Assembly (NCBI RefSeq): GCF_018350175.1
Contig: NC_058375.1
Location: 199,454,001 to 199,518,000, forward strand
From: Felis catus
Taxonomy: Eukaryota
Length of the DNA stretch: 64,000 bases
Reading direction: 5' to 3'
The translations under genes were made by a program, and so were the position numbers. The notes beneath the pieces were generated by a model, which saw only the letters and a program-made list of their open reading frames with translations, had not been told where the DNA came from and made no database searches. How positions within the stretch are numbered: the stretch's first letter is position 1; the number at the start of each line of letters is the position of its first letter. Positions 1 through 13,000 of the stretch are shown here, in pieces.

Positions 1-56
1 TGACCTGACCTGAAACCCAGAGTGGAGGCTTAACTGACTGAGCCACCCAGGTGCCC
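1..56 (-). mobile_element. Can-SINE 5' head, cut by window edge
   Basis: Reverse complement of gggcacctgggtggctcagtcagttaag. Confidence 0.8.
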
Positions 57-905
57 TATTTTTACTTTTAAAGGTCCACCTACAAATGAAAATTATTTAA
101 AGAGATAAAAACGATTCTGTGGAGGCTCATTTTCAAATGAGATTTTCCCCTGTGTATGTGTGTGTGTTTACAATTGCAGATTGTACTTTCTGCAGGATTT
201 CTTTATAAAACTTAAAAGAGCTAAAACAGAACATGACCCTTCACAAGGCAGGTTTCTCATTGACTGTCCTCACTGTTCTTTCTTCTTACTGGGGGAGAAA
301 GTTGTCACAAAGGCTTCGTGTCTATTTAAAACTGACCCACTATCAAAACTTTAGCACATTAACTTAGGAATCATGGGTTCCTGAGGCTATTTCTGTTGTT
401 AAACAGCTCTGGTAAATGGAGGAATCCTAGGAGGATTTCCACAGGTCCTTGGGGTTGCAGAAATAGAGGAGAGACTACCCTAAGGGTTAGTCATTCCATT
501 AAAAAGGCAAATGATTGCCATGAAGCACAAGACCACATTTAAAAAATCAAAATGGAAGCTATTCTATTTTATGTGGGCAGTTTGCAGGGAATTGCATGTT
601 TCAAAACTTACCTAAACACTAAAGGATGTGCAGACCAACCCAGAGCCTAAGGCAAGTGTGATCCTTTGCTTGATAGTTCTTGAAAAGTAACTGAACGAGC
701 ACAGGTCAAGGAGCTTCTGAAGCTGAGTCCATAGGTGTATATGTGATGTACAAAATTAAGCCAAGGCTGCCTAAACTGTCAGTGACAGGAGGAAAATGCC
801 CTAGTTTTTCAGATGTCAACTTAGTCTTGAGAGTTGGGGTTGCGGCGGGGGCAGCTGAAACCATAATGGTTTTCAAATGAACTAGTTTTTCACACTTATA
901 CTCAC

Positions 906-1047
906 GTCCTTAATATCTTTTTCTGGAATTCCATGTATCCTCGCGTAGAAATACAAATGTTCTTCCACCGATACCAGGTCGTCTAAGGCATCTTCCTGAG
1001 GGCAGTATCCAACCAATGAGCTGTGTGAGTCAACATGACCCAGAGAT
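906..1047 (-). CDS. ABCA12: ABCA12 exon ~47 (142 nt, NBD2 Q-loop)
   Basis: [21 protein letters not shown]...PEKDIKD; tgcag| and |gtgagt. Confidence 0.95.
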
Positions 1048-4000
1048 CTGCATTGAGAGAAGTGAAGATACAGAGGGGTTTCAAAAGGTATGTCCCTTCT
1101 AGTCCCCAAAAGTTGGGAAGGCAGCTCTACTTTGGTCATGGAGATTTGTGATTCTAATAAAAAGAGGTAAAATAACCCCACCATCATATCACACACATAA
1201 AGTTTTAAAAATTAGGGAACAAAATAGCTGTTTCTCCCCTAGGGATGTAATACTATATCTACAAAATAACAAAGTGTTCATTTTAATTATGTTGTGCTTG
1301 ATAAGTTGAAGCCATGGTTTCCCATACCCAGTTTTATTTCTGATCAGAATGTTTCCACTTGAAGGAATTATGTCTCCTGTCAGCATCTTGAAGATAGTTG
1401 TCTTTCCTGCTCCATTCACCCCAAGAAGGCCAAAGCACTGGTTTGGGAGAGGGAAAAAAAGATGTAAATCTTAATCCAAACCAGACATGTTACTATTACA
1501 TCTGTTTCCTCTTTTTCCCTGGATGAAATAAATTCCAAAGAAAAATAAGTTCCTGGAATTATTCTTGGATATTGTAGTGTTCTTCTGGCATCTGATAAAC
1601 CTTTCCCTTTTACAACAAATATCTTTTTTTTTCCTTTAACCATCTGAACATTTGTATATATACACAGGACTTGTTTTACATATTATATTATCTGCATGAC
1701 ATGATAAAATATTCCACAAGTAAGATACGCTAACTTGACAAAGTAATTATATTTATAGGTTTCACATTATTCACACAAAATCACTACTGAATAAGCCACT
1801 GAAGCAATAATTTCTTTATGCTGTTGAATGGATTGGATGCATGTGGTTTGCAGCTCTCCTCAAAAAAACTAAGGGAAATGCCCACATTTTCTCTTTCTTT
1901 TCAAAGCTGGCTTAATATTTCTTCTATAAAAATGGCAAGAATAAATATGAATGCAGTTCTAGGACCTTGCTTCTTTTTTTATTAAAAACAACTTTCTAAT
2001 GCATATTTATTTTTGAGAGAGGTAGAGAGAGAGCTTGAGCAGAGGAGCGGCTGAGAGAGGAGACAGAGGATCCGAAGCAGGCTCCAGGCTCCACACAGAC
2101 AGCAGAGAGCTCAATGCACCACCTGAACCCACAAACCGTGAGATAATGACCTGAGCCAAAGTCGGACGTTTAACCACCCAAGTCATATGCTTAACCCACT
2201 GAGCTACCCAGGCACCCCTAGGATCTCGCTTCTGACAACAGATCTCTTCATGCTGTCTTTCACAGGGAGCTGAAAACTGAAAGTTGAAGACAGCGCCCTG
2301 CACGGGCTTCTTTTTTTTTTTAATTTTTTTTTTCAACGTTTATTTATTTTTGGGACAGAGAGAGACAGAGCATGAACGGGGGAGGGGCAGAGAGAGAGGG
2401 AGACACAGAATCGGAAACAGGGTCCAGGCTCTGAGCCATCAGCCCAGAGCCGGACGCGGGGCTCGAACTCACGGAGCGCGAGATCGTGACCTGGCTGAAG
2501 TCAGATACTTAACCGACTGCGCCACCCAGGCGCCCCCTGCACGGGCTTCTTGACTGAAAGTCCACCCCAGGGAGGACAGTAGGTAGCATGGGCAGGGGCT
2601 CAGAACTAGGTGTGTGGTGAATCCTCCCTGACGAGAGGGAAGACTTAGAGAGTAAGTAACAGAAGGATATGTGTACATTGTATACACAGAATCCATCAAG
2701 ATATTCAGAGGTTGACTTCTACATTTCTAGAAAAAAATAGGAAAGTTTAAAGATTTTTGTGACTTAACATGCCAATATAAAGGACAGTTAGGAACAGAGC
2801 AAGTTCCTCACCTCCCCAGCGGGTATGCCAATGCTGATGTTGTTTACAGCTATAATCTTTTTGTGGATAAGTTGGTAGGTCTTTGTGAGACGATGGAGCT
2901 GGACCAGGTCAAATTCACTTGCGCCATTTTCCACTCTTAATCTCTCAGCTCGGACGTCTTCATCTTCGTCTATTGTCTCCACTACAGGAGACGAACTAAA
3001 TTTTCTAAAGAAGAGTCTAAAAAAAAAAAAGACCCAGTGATTTTGCATCAATGATTTTAAAGTGGCACAGCTCAATTTCAACATGTTTTAATGAATTTTC
3101 ACTTCACTGAAAGCGCACAATCACACCCTAGGCTTCAGATTTGTTATGCATTATGCTACTTAAGTAAGTTAAGAATTAGTACAAATGCTCTTCACCATAT
3201 TCAGTGACATGAATGTCCCTCTATGTTCTGTTTACTGTGAATGTCTTACTTAGTATCTAGGCAATATATTAAGGTTACCAGCCCTGAAAGCAGTCTCAAA
3301 CCCACATCAGTACCTTGCCTAATGTATGAAAGCAAACTAATCCAAACAAAATTTAAAAACCCAACAAATCAATTCAGGTCTTCTTCCCAATGTCCCTGTT
3401 TCTTTTAATGATATCCCCAGAGATTCTAACTGTGATGTTTTCTTTGAATCTTCCCCATTACAAAATCTACGCGTGTAGTCACTCTCCTAACACTGGAAAT
3501 GCCTTGGAACACCCAGTCATCAATCATGTTCTGTCTATTTCTATTACCATCAGAGGCTTTCACTGTTTCTCACTAAATTCTTCAAGAATTTCTAACTGTT
3601 CCAATATCTCTGATCCTCCATTCTAAACTGTATGACCTCCACAGAATCACATCTCCTAAAGCACCGTTTGACCATGTTGCTTTCTGGTCAAAACACCTAT
3701 TGGACTATTATTTGTTTGTTGAAAAAGTCCAAATAATCTCTCTACCCAAGTATCCAATAGACTCCATAGTCTTCCAGCCACATGCTTGAGCTCCTACTAT
3801 TTCGTTGCCTTTATTCTACGTTCTAATCAAATTGTATTACTCATTTCTCAAATACACCCTAAGATTTTTTTCTTGGTCTTTGCTCTTGTCATTATTTTTA
3901 TTACTATTAACTTAAGTTTTATTTTTCAATAGGTGATACATGCACTCTATGTATTAAAATGGTACTGAAGAATATATAGTGAGAAGTAAGTTTCCTTCAA

Positions 4001-7000
4001 CTCTATAGAGCTCTCCTCAGCAGGGTACCCATAGAGAGATAGTATATGCATATGTATGTATAAATTATAGTTCTTTTCTAACTCAAATGATAATATACTT
4101 CACACAAAGTTTTGAACTTAGCATTTTTCACTCAATAAGTATTAGTAGTAATCCCAAATATTCCATACAGAACTGTATCAGTCTTTCTAATGCCTGCATA
4201 GTGTTTACCTATGAAAAAATGTAAATTTGTATAATTTATTTAACCAGTCCATGAAGGACATTTAGGCTGTTTTCATTCTTTTGCTATTAAGAATGGTTGC
4301 GATGATGGATAACTTTATACATTCATAAATCTGCAAATGTGTGAGCATATCTGTAGGAAAAGAATCCTAGAAATGGAATAGTCAGGTCAATTGTATGCAT
4401 ATTTCTTTTTATTTAAGATTCCATTTTCTCCTTATTCAACCTTCTCCAAACCCATTGCTAATCTGCTACTCACTCAGTCTTCTTTCTTCATTTCTACTTT
4501 TTAGCCATCCTTTAAACTCAACTCAAACACTACATCCTTTGTTTATGTATGCATTTTCTCTCCACCACTGAATCTTAATCTCTTTAAGGCTAACAATTGT
4601 GCTTCTTTAATTTTATTCTCTCACTCTACAATAATACTTGCAGACACAGAGTGAGGTGTGATAACTATTTACTGAATGGAATAAGTGGTGAATTGTTACA
4701 ATTTTTTTTAAGTTTTTTTAGCACATTTCCACGTTACTAATAGAAAGGTTTAGACTATTGTTCCTTCCTAAATATTTTGAATTGAGTTCTATCATGCATG
4801 TCAAACACGATGTTTTCTTTTTATTTACCTGAGTTTCTTTATTAGACATTCGTTGATTAAGAGCCGCAACAAAAAGAACATGGTGCCCTGAGAAACCAAA
4901 GCCACAAACATGGCACCTAGTTTATCCATCTCAAAGGTTTCACTTGGGTATTCCACTCCATATGCTTTTAAAAAGTCTAGGACCGACTGTTGTTGAGAAA
5001 GTTCAATCAAACCATAGCCAAAACAGAATTGTGGAAAAATCAGGAAAATACGCTTGAGGGTTTCAGAAATAAGTTCTAAAGTCTGAAATAAGAGAAAAAA
5101 AAATGAAACTCAGTGTTAGACTTCTGACAAATTGACAAAAATTTAAAACTGATGTGAACAAATGTGATGTGGGCAAATATTAAAACTGGAGAAGTTTATC
5201 TAGATTGGCAATTATTTCCCATGTGTGTTGAATTTACATGTAAATATTTACTATAACCAAAACATGGAGATTTATTACTAAAATATAAGCAGAAAAGGTT
5301 TATCTTCTTTTTGAGATGATCTGAGGCATCAGGCCAAACCCTGGAGACAGAATCACTTCTAGCCCTGCCTTAGATCCTAGAAGTGTAGAAATAGCCAGGA
5401 TGTTGGGGTCTGGTACAGGGTCTTGGTCATGCCTAGGTAAAGAAGGGATTTGGTACAGTGAAGTTTTAGAACTTTAGGTAGTTCCTATTTGAAGAGGGGC
5501 TAAATGGTGAACTGAGATGAAGGAGAGACAAGCTATCTACATGAGGAGCAAATGGCTTATTTTCATGTTATTCACACTTGGGCCAACCACTTGCAACTCA
5601 TGAATTGTCTTCTTCCTCCTGGAGTGTGCTTGTCTATTCCTCAGTTCATGTAGTTTCCTCTCCATTCTTTCTCGTTCAATTGCCCAGCACTGTTCATGCT
5701 TCCCTTCTCACTAACTGTAATTGTCAGCTTTGAATGGGAAGTGATGCTCACAATGAAGTAGACTCTATCTAATACATGCTTGAAAGGGAACATATCAGGT
5801 TTGTTCTCTATGAATGTTCAACAAAAAAAACCCACCCTTAACCAATAGTCACATAACTGAGCCATTGTCCTTGTTCCTACCATATGATAACAATTAATGA
5901 ATAAAAATTTCACTGGACCAATAGGTTCATGATTTTTATAGTGTTGTACACAATAATTTGATTTCACCTCCACTTGAACCCTTTCAAATGCCAATAGTTT
6001 TGACATTGAGTAAATATAATCATAGGCATTAACCTACTTGGAAAATAAAAAGAATCTTAAAAGGCTGTAGTTTCTCTTCTATCAAACTTAATAGAATTAA
6101 CTGAAATTCCTCTTTTCTATTTAGAGAATGCAAAATGTAGAAAATCTTTTCACCTTGAACATACTGAAACATTTCATACGTTTATTGAAGTTTACCAGGC
6201 GAATAATGGACCTTACCGGATCATTGGGCTTTTCCTTGGAAAGGAAGTATACCACTGACAGGGAGACAATGGAATTGATGCCAAAGAAAAGGTTGATGCA
6301 GACGTAAGTGATGAAAGCCATCCCTGTTTCATGGAAGAGCCCAGCCAGTAAGTACATCCAAGAAAATGTGGCATACCTGTATGTTAATAACACAAGGATT
6401 AAAATTATGCCTTGATCCTTATTCTTTAACAAACAGACAAAACTTTTGATAGGGCTCCAAAATGAAAATAAATGTTAGGGATGTGTCACTAAGCCTCACA
6501 GCTAGATCTCTGTATTATAAAAACTTTTTTTGACAAATTCTTTGGATTTTTAAAAAGTGACGTGGAGAAACAGGAACACTCTTGCACTGTTGGTGGGAAT
6601 GCAAACTGGTGCAGCCGCTCTGGAAATCAGTGTGGAGGTTCCTCAAAAAATTAAAAATAGACCTACCCTATGACCCAGCAATAGCACTGCTAGGAATTGA
6701 CCCAAGGGATACAGGAGTGCTGATGCATAGGGGCACTTGTACCCCAATGTTTATAGCAGCACTCTCAACAATAGCCAAATTATGGAAAGAGCCTAAATGT
6801 CCATCAACTGATGAATGGATAAAGAAATTGTGGTTTATATACACAATAGAATACTACATGGCAATGAGAAAGAATGAAATATGGCCCCTTGTAGCAATGT
6901 GGATGGAACTGGAGAGTGTTATGCTAAGTGAAATAAGTCATACAGAGAGAGACAGATACCACATGTTTTCACTTGTATGTGGAGCCTGAGAAACTTAACA

Positions 7001-10000
7001 GAAGTCCATGGGGTAGGGGAAAAAAAAGAGGTTAGAGGGAGAGAGCCAAAGCATAAGAGACTCTTAAAAACTGAGAACAAACTGAGGGTAGATGGGGGGT
7101 GGGAGGGAGAGGAGGGTGGGTGATGGGTATTGAGGAGGGCACCTGTTGGGATGAGCACTGGGTGTTGTATGGAAACCAATTTGACAATAAATTTCATATT
7201 AAAAAAATAATAAAAAAATAAAATAGTCAATAATTTAAAAAATTAAATAAAATTTTAATTTAAAGAAATTTTTTTAAAATTTTAATTAAAAAAAAAAAGT
7301 GACAGTAAGAAGCTTCTCTTTTAAGGAAACTTGAGTAGTTCTATATCATCACAACTACAAATGAATTCTTTTTAGAGATGCTGTCATCCAATCCAAGAAA
7401 CTTTTTTTTTTTTTTGCTCTCAGAAATAAGAGTTTAATCAATATAAATCTTATAATTTAAAGTTAAAGAAAAGTAATGACATTATGGTAAGCTAACTTAG
7501 CAGACAGACAAAGCTCAGAAGCTGGATGTCCTGCTGTAAGCAAACACTTGAGCAACCTTTGGGGTAATGATGAAGAACCCGAGGCAATGTAAACCTTCAT
7601 CTGCTACACTGCTATGTCAATGGCTACTGCCCATGCATTCAGGGCAGAAAGAACTGCTATGCTAAGCACTGATTATATCAACCCATACTACCTGTATAGC
7701 CCCAATACAGAAATAATACTTGTGTGTGTGTGTTAAACATCCATAAAAATATAAATAAAATATACATGAGGATACATACCTTACAATGTGATATATACTC
7801 ATAATTTGTCAATACACAAATCCACACATGTATGTAAATTTTTCCGATCATTCTGAAACATCCATTTTTATGTAGCTTATATTACATGTGTAGATTGCCA
7901 ATCATGACACTTGGTACCTAGTAAGTACTCATTAATGTTAGATATTACTATTAATAATGACAACATTCATTTTCAGAAGTACTGTACTGTACAAACTGTG
8001 GACTAGCAAGTATAATGTGTTGTTAGTCATCACTCATGGCTACTGAAACCCCAAGACAATTGTAAATTAGCTAATGAGATTTAGTTTCTGTTTGTGCCTC
8101 AGAACACTCAGTTCTGTTAATTCTTTTTTCACTGCAGCTTACCCAAACAGTAGAAGTAGGAGGGATACGGCACCTAAGTTGTTTTCACTGTAGAAGGCAG
8201 GTAATTTGAAAATTGCAATGACACCAATTGAAAATGCTACAGGCACCAAGTAGAAGACCTATGGGAATAGGTAAAACAATGCTTAATACATGGTAAATAT
8301 TTGGGGCTCATGGGTGGCTCAGTCGGTTAAGTGTTCAACTTTGGCTCAGGTCATGATCTCATGGTTCATGGGTTCAAGCCCAGCGTTGGGCTCTGTGCTG
8401 ACAGCTCAAAGTGTGGAGCCTGCTTTGGTTCTCTGTCTCCCTCTCTCTCTGTCCCTCCCCAACTCACACTCTGTTTCTCCCTCCCTCTCTCTCTCTCAAA
8501 AATAAATAAATGTTTAAAAAAATTTAAAATATATATATGGCAAATAGTTTCCCAAAAACATCAATTGCCCATCTAGTTAAAACGATAACAAGTTAACCTT
8601 GAAGTATGTGAAGGAATGAATTTTTATTTATGTTCCTGTTGCTTGTAAGTTCAGCTTATTTTACATTTATTTCACTCTAGAATTTGTCTCCTGTAATATG
8701 AGGTCAAGCCAGTCACCATCTTTATAGATGTACATGGAGTCCCTGGTGTTCCTGCCTCCAGGCTTTGAGACTGGGGATCACTTTGTGACAGAGGTTCAGT
8801 GAGAAAGATAAGACAGTCAGGTATCTTGGTATTAGATGCAGTCTTCAAAGTACTGATTTCATTTTGAATGCTGGAACTCTCTCAGGTGGCTGATTTCGAA
8901 GGCCTGGTTATCGGTGTGAGCCACTCTGCGTAAAACAGTGGGGTGGCAGGTTCCACACATTCTTGGAATCACAGTATATGAACAAAGAACTCAGTGTTTT
9001 ATTGGCAAATAGAAATAGTAAACGCTGTGCAGGCTGCAGCAAGATGCACACCATGAAAGAGATGGTAATTTAATCTGGAAGGGAGAGGAATCTCCTAAAT
9101 TGGGATGAGCACCAGATATATGACAATGGAATCTGAGTAGTAAGTAGCCCTTTGCAGAAGTGTGTACTTTGAGCTCTCTTGACATTAAAACTCCTATTAA
9201 GTCCAGAGGAGTCATTACCATTCTTTTAGATTTGACTTCTTCAACAAAGGCATTTCAGACCTCACTGGATACATTAACAAAGTGGATATGCAGATAATTA
9301 CCCTCTAGCTCTTCAAGCCAATGATCTATACAGCAACTCAGACAATTCTGCCATAATCACCAGGCAAATGCATACCACATCCTGGGCTTTTGGCCAATAC
9401 TGGCGCATTTGGAGTCAAGAAAAACCATCTGAATTTGGGGACCATTTTATGCAAATGAGAGAGCTGTCAATGATATTCATCCTTTATTGTCCTAGTATCT
9501 CCTCTAATGTGTCATTCATCAGGGACTGCTACTTCGAAGTTTTTACCATTAGTATTTGGTACCATTCGGCAAGGCTATTTTGCTTTCTATTTTTCCACAG
9601 TAGTGGCTCTCAAACCTTATTATGCATAAAATAACTTGGAGGATTTTGTTTAAAATGTATATTCTCTGGGTTCCACTCCCAAGGTATAGAACTAGTAGGT
9701 CTGGAGGGGGCCAGGAATCTGCATTTTAATAAATGTCCAGGGGAATCTGATATCAGTGGGTCTTCAGACCACAGAGACGAGGGGAGGTGGCTCTTTCCTC
9801 TAATTATCGGGTGACTGTAAGTCTGATGCAAATTATTTTTTTCTTTTTTAATGTTTATTTATTTTTGAGAGACAGAGAGAGACAGAGCATGGGCAGGGCA
9901 GGGGCAGAGATAGAGGGAGACAGAATCTGAAGCAGGCTCCAGCTCTGATCTGTCAGCACAACACAGTGCTTGAATTCACAAACTGTGAGATCATGACCTG

Positions 10001-13000
10001 CGCCAAAGTCGGATACTCAACCAACTGAGCCACCCAGGCGCCCCCAAATTATTTTTTTCTTAATTTACTGACTTGTAGTGATAATTTTAACAAGGTAGGC
10101 ATGAATAAATCCTGTATATAAAAGTGGTGTCTTCTACCCCAATCAATCCTGTCTTTCCTGCAAGCTACTCACCATGTCATAAATGAAGTTTGTGGCCCAG
10201 TAGCAAGTCACACCGATGCCTGAAATGTGCTGCAGCTGCTTGGCTTTGGTCTGATGCTCCCTTACAACATAGGTGACAAAGCTGGCGGTGGTGACAGAGT
10301 AGCCCATCAGGATGGAGAGTGCCACTAAAATATCGATTAAGCTGCTCATTCTGTAGTGAGCAATAGGGAGAGGAGAGCATACATAAGTTTTTAGAACTCT
10401 TTTCCTTTCAGAAAGATTCATGACTAAAACCATCAACAAACCAGTATACGACTTGGCTGTGACACAAATAAGTCTTCCTGCAAGGCAGCCAGATAATATC
10501 TTCTACATGACTTGGCTATGACCCTGGATAAATATAGCTCTAGTGCATCTGAATTGACTAGGGATATTTGATCAAAAAAAAAAAAAAAAAAAAGCCCACC
10601 TCGGTCTCTAAGGGTTACTGGGTGTATGCAAGGAATATATAGTCCTTGAGCACAGAAATAGTACTTAAATGCTATGCAGGGAAATTGAAATGATGAAGCA
10701 CTTACGTACTTGACTTATAAAAGCAGCAGATTCTGACTCTACAGCCAGCAAGCTCACTTGGCAACCCCACTGCACAGACTTTCAGAAACTTCCTTTTATC
10801 CCAGTCAGTGACTTGTATTAACAGCTCTTCTAGATTGACATTCATTCAGATACAACTGTGATTTCCAATTACAGTACTTTATTCAGAGGCTTCACTATGC
10901 CAAGGAGTAATGTAGTCATACCAGATATTTCCACTTACGTGGCTTGTTCTTGGTCTTGCACTCCTGGATAAGGATGACTATACATGATGATGCCTTAAAG
11001 AAGAGACAGTTCTGTTCATTAGTAGATATTCAGTTATTCAGAAATACCAATTTTTGGATGAATAATGCATAACACTTTCCTCCTTATGCTATAATTTTGC
11101 TTTGGGGATAGTATTTTAAACCAAAATTATCCCCCCCCCCCCGCTCCCCCCCTCCACCAACTAATCTCATCAATGCCACACAATTGGTGGCATTCACATA
11201 AAAATTTAAAAAATGTTTTTTCCCATTGTGTATGGAATTTTGGGGGAAGGGACAAGAATTTCCATTTCTTATATGGCATTTCCCCTCTATTACATTTTCC
11301 ATTTCTTCTCCCCATCTAATCATGCACGTTTGTATTTCAGCGGCACTTACTACATTGGTGTTTTAGACCAATTATATGAGGATCTCCTAAAGAACACTGA
11401 CCACCCTCATCCCTCTTTATCATTCTGTCGGCCAGGTTGGGAAAATACTGTAACCTGAGAAGATCCTTCCTCTTTCACTACCTCCAAGATGTCTATTTTT
11501 CTAGAACTTTATCTACTAGGGTAAGGCTTGAGAGCTTCAGTCATCTCTGACGGGTTTTCGTTGAGACATAAAGATCCAAGAGAATTCAGAGAAACTAGCT
11601 GGTGCCAGGAAAGTAGTCACTTAATTCCAATACAGTCCTAAATTATTGGGATCTCCCATAATCAGTTATAGTTTCTGAGTTAGAAACAAGATTCTTTTCT
11701 CCGCTTATCAGAGGATGATCATTAGTCATAGTCAAAAATGGGCTGGCAAAAGTTTCCCAAGGGACTACAGTGTGAAGACAAAGTCTATACTGTCTGAGTA
11801 ACTTTGGAAAAGAATGGTAGGGGATGGCAGTGAGGCTGTCTCTTAAATATTTGTTTTATTAGAGTCATAAGCTGAGCAAGAACTTTCTCACTTACTGCTC
11901 ATGTAGTATATGTTTATTATATCAGGATATTAAGACCCTTTCACAGCAGCCAAATATAAATTATTCTAAAGTTATATTCCCTCCATTAACTTAAATTTAT
12001 AATTTTTGTTGAGTAGAATGTAACATATTTTGAGGTTCATTTCTGCAATTGTTACATGTTAAAGAAAAAAAATGTAATTAAAGCAAAACAAAGAAACTAC
12101 CAATAATAATCAATTTGGCCTGTAACTTTAATCACATCATTGGGGGAATGCACTTTTCTTATCTTTTGTGTAAATTAACAGTCTCTCTTTTTACTGAGAT
12201 TCAGTTTTCCTTGGGGCCCTACTTAAATCTTATTGTTGAATTATAATATAGGCAGGGGAAAAACATTTCTTTTATTTCTTTCTTGTATTTCAGAATCAAG
12301 AACTACATTATTTCACTAGAGGAATCTTTGCAAATGCGTTTACTCCACTATGAAAAATGCTGCCAAACTAAGTGTTTCATAGATATTTTTAGCAGAAAGA
12401 TCAAGTAAATGCATTAGGGCTGAGGACGTATAAAAATCTTCTCTGTGGGTTCTACCGTATCCAGCATAATGTCCTGACTACAGTGATTAGTCAATGAATA
12501 CTTATTACATCATATTGAACCTTAAAATTTCAATTATTTCCCCCATATATAATATACATTAAAAATAACATATTATCTGTTTCTGTTGTCTCTATGGGCA
12601 TACATCTAAAACCAGGTGCTTTCCATTGATCATTACTACTAATGCACTAAAGGGTCAGAACAAACAGGAGGGTAGAGGGAACAATATGTCCGTATGTTTG
12701 GAAAAGAGCCTCATTGTAGAACAATTGTTAGGGGAAACAAGCAAACCTTTATTGTTTGAGAAGAAAACAGAATTTTCATGTTAAATTAACCACTAGAGGG
12801 AACCACATGAAAATAATAGTTATTGACATAGCAAAGGAAAACTAATTAAAATATTTTTACTAGCATGTTAGAATTCAAAGAAAATCAATTTTATAGCTAA
12901 AGCAAAATCCTAATTAATGCAGAATTCAACAAACATGCTTTAAAACAGCTAGTGTCATAGGGGGAGGGAGGTGGCAGGAGAGTAATTGAGTTGATTTTTA

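Noticed and set aside
2007-2553. ORF-track peptides such as GAWVAQSVK... and [17 protein letters not shown]... (also at 8290, 16371, 17070, 29851, 56371, 59599 and others)
   Set aside because: They are translations of Can-SINE sequence and recur wherever a SINE lies; not genes.
6582-6989. 135-aa plus-strand ORF
   Set aside because: C-terminal piece of L1 ORF2 in a 5'-truncated element with no promoter, ORF1 or reverse transcriptase.
9449-9456. Octamer ATGCAAAT, and scattered AP-1 TGA(C/G)TCA and GRHL-like hits elsewhere
   Set aside because: Short motifs are expected several times by chance in 64 kb of AT-rich DNA, and I see no clustering I can defend.
12790-12801. CCACTAGAGGGA CTCF-like core
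   Set aside because: The flanks do not fit the motif; weaker than the 50611 candidate.
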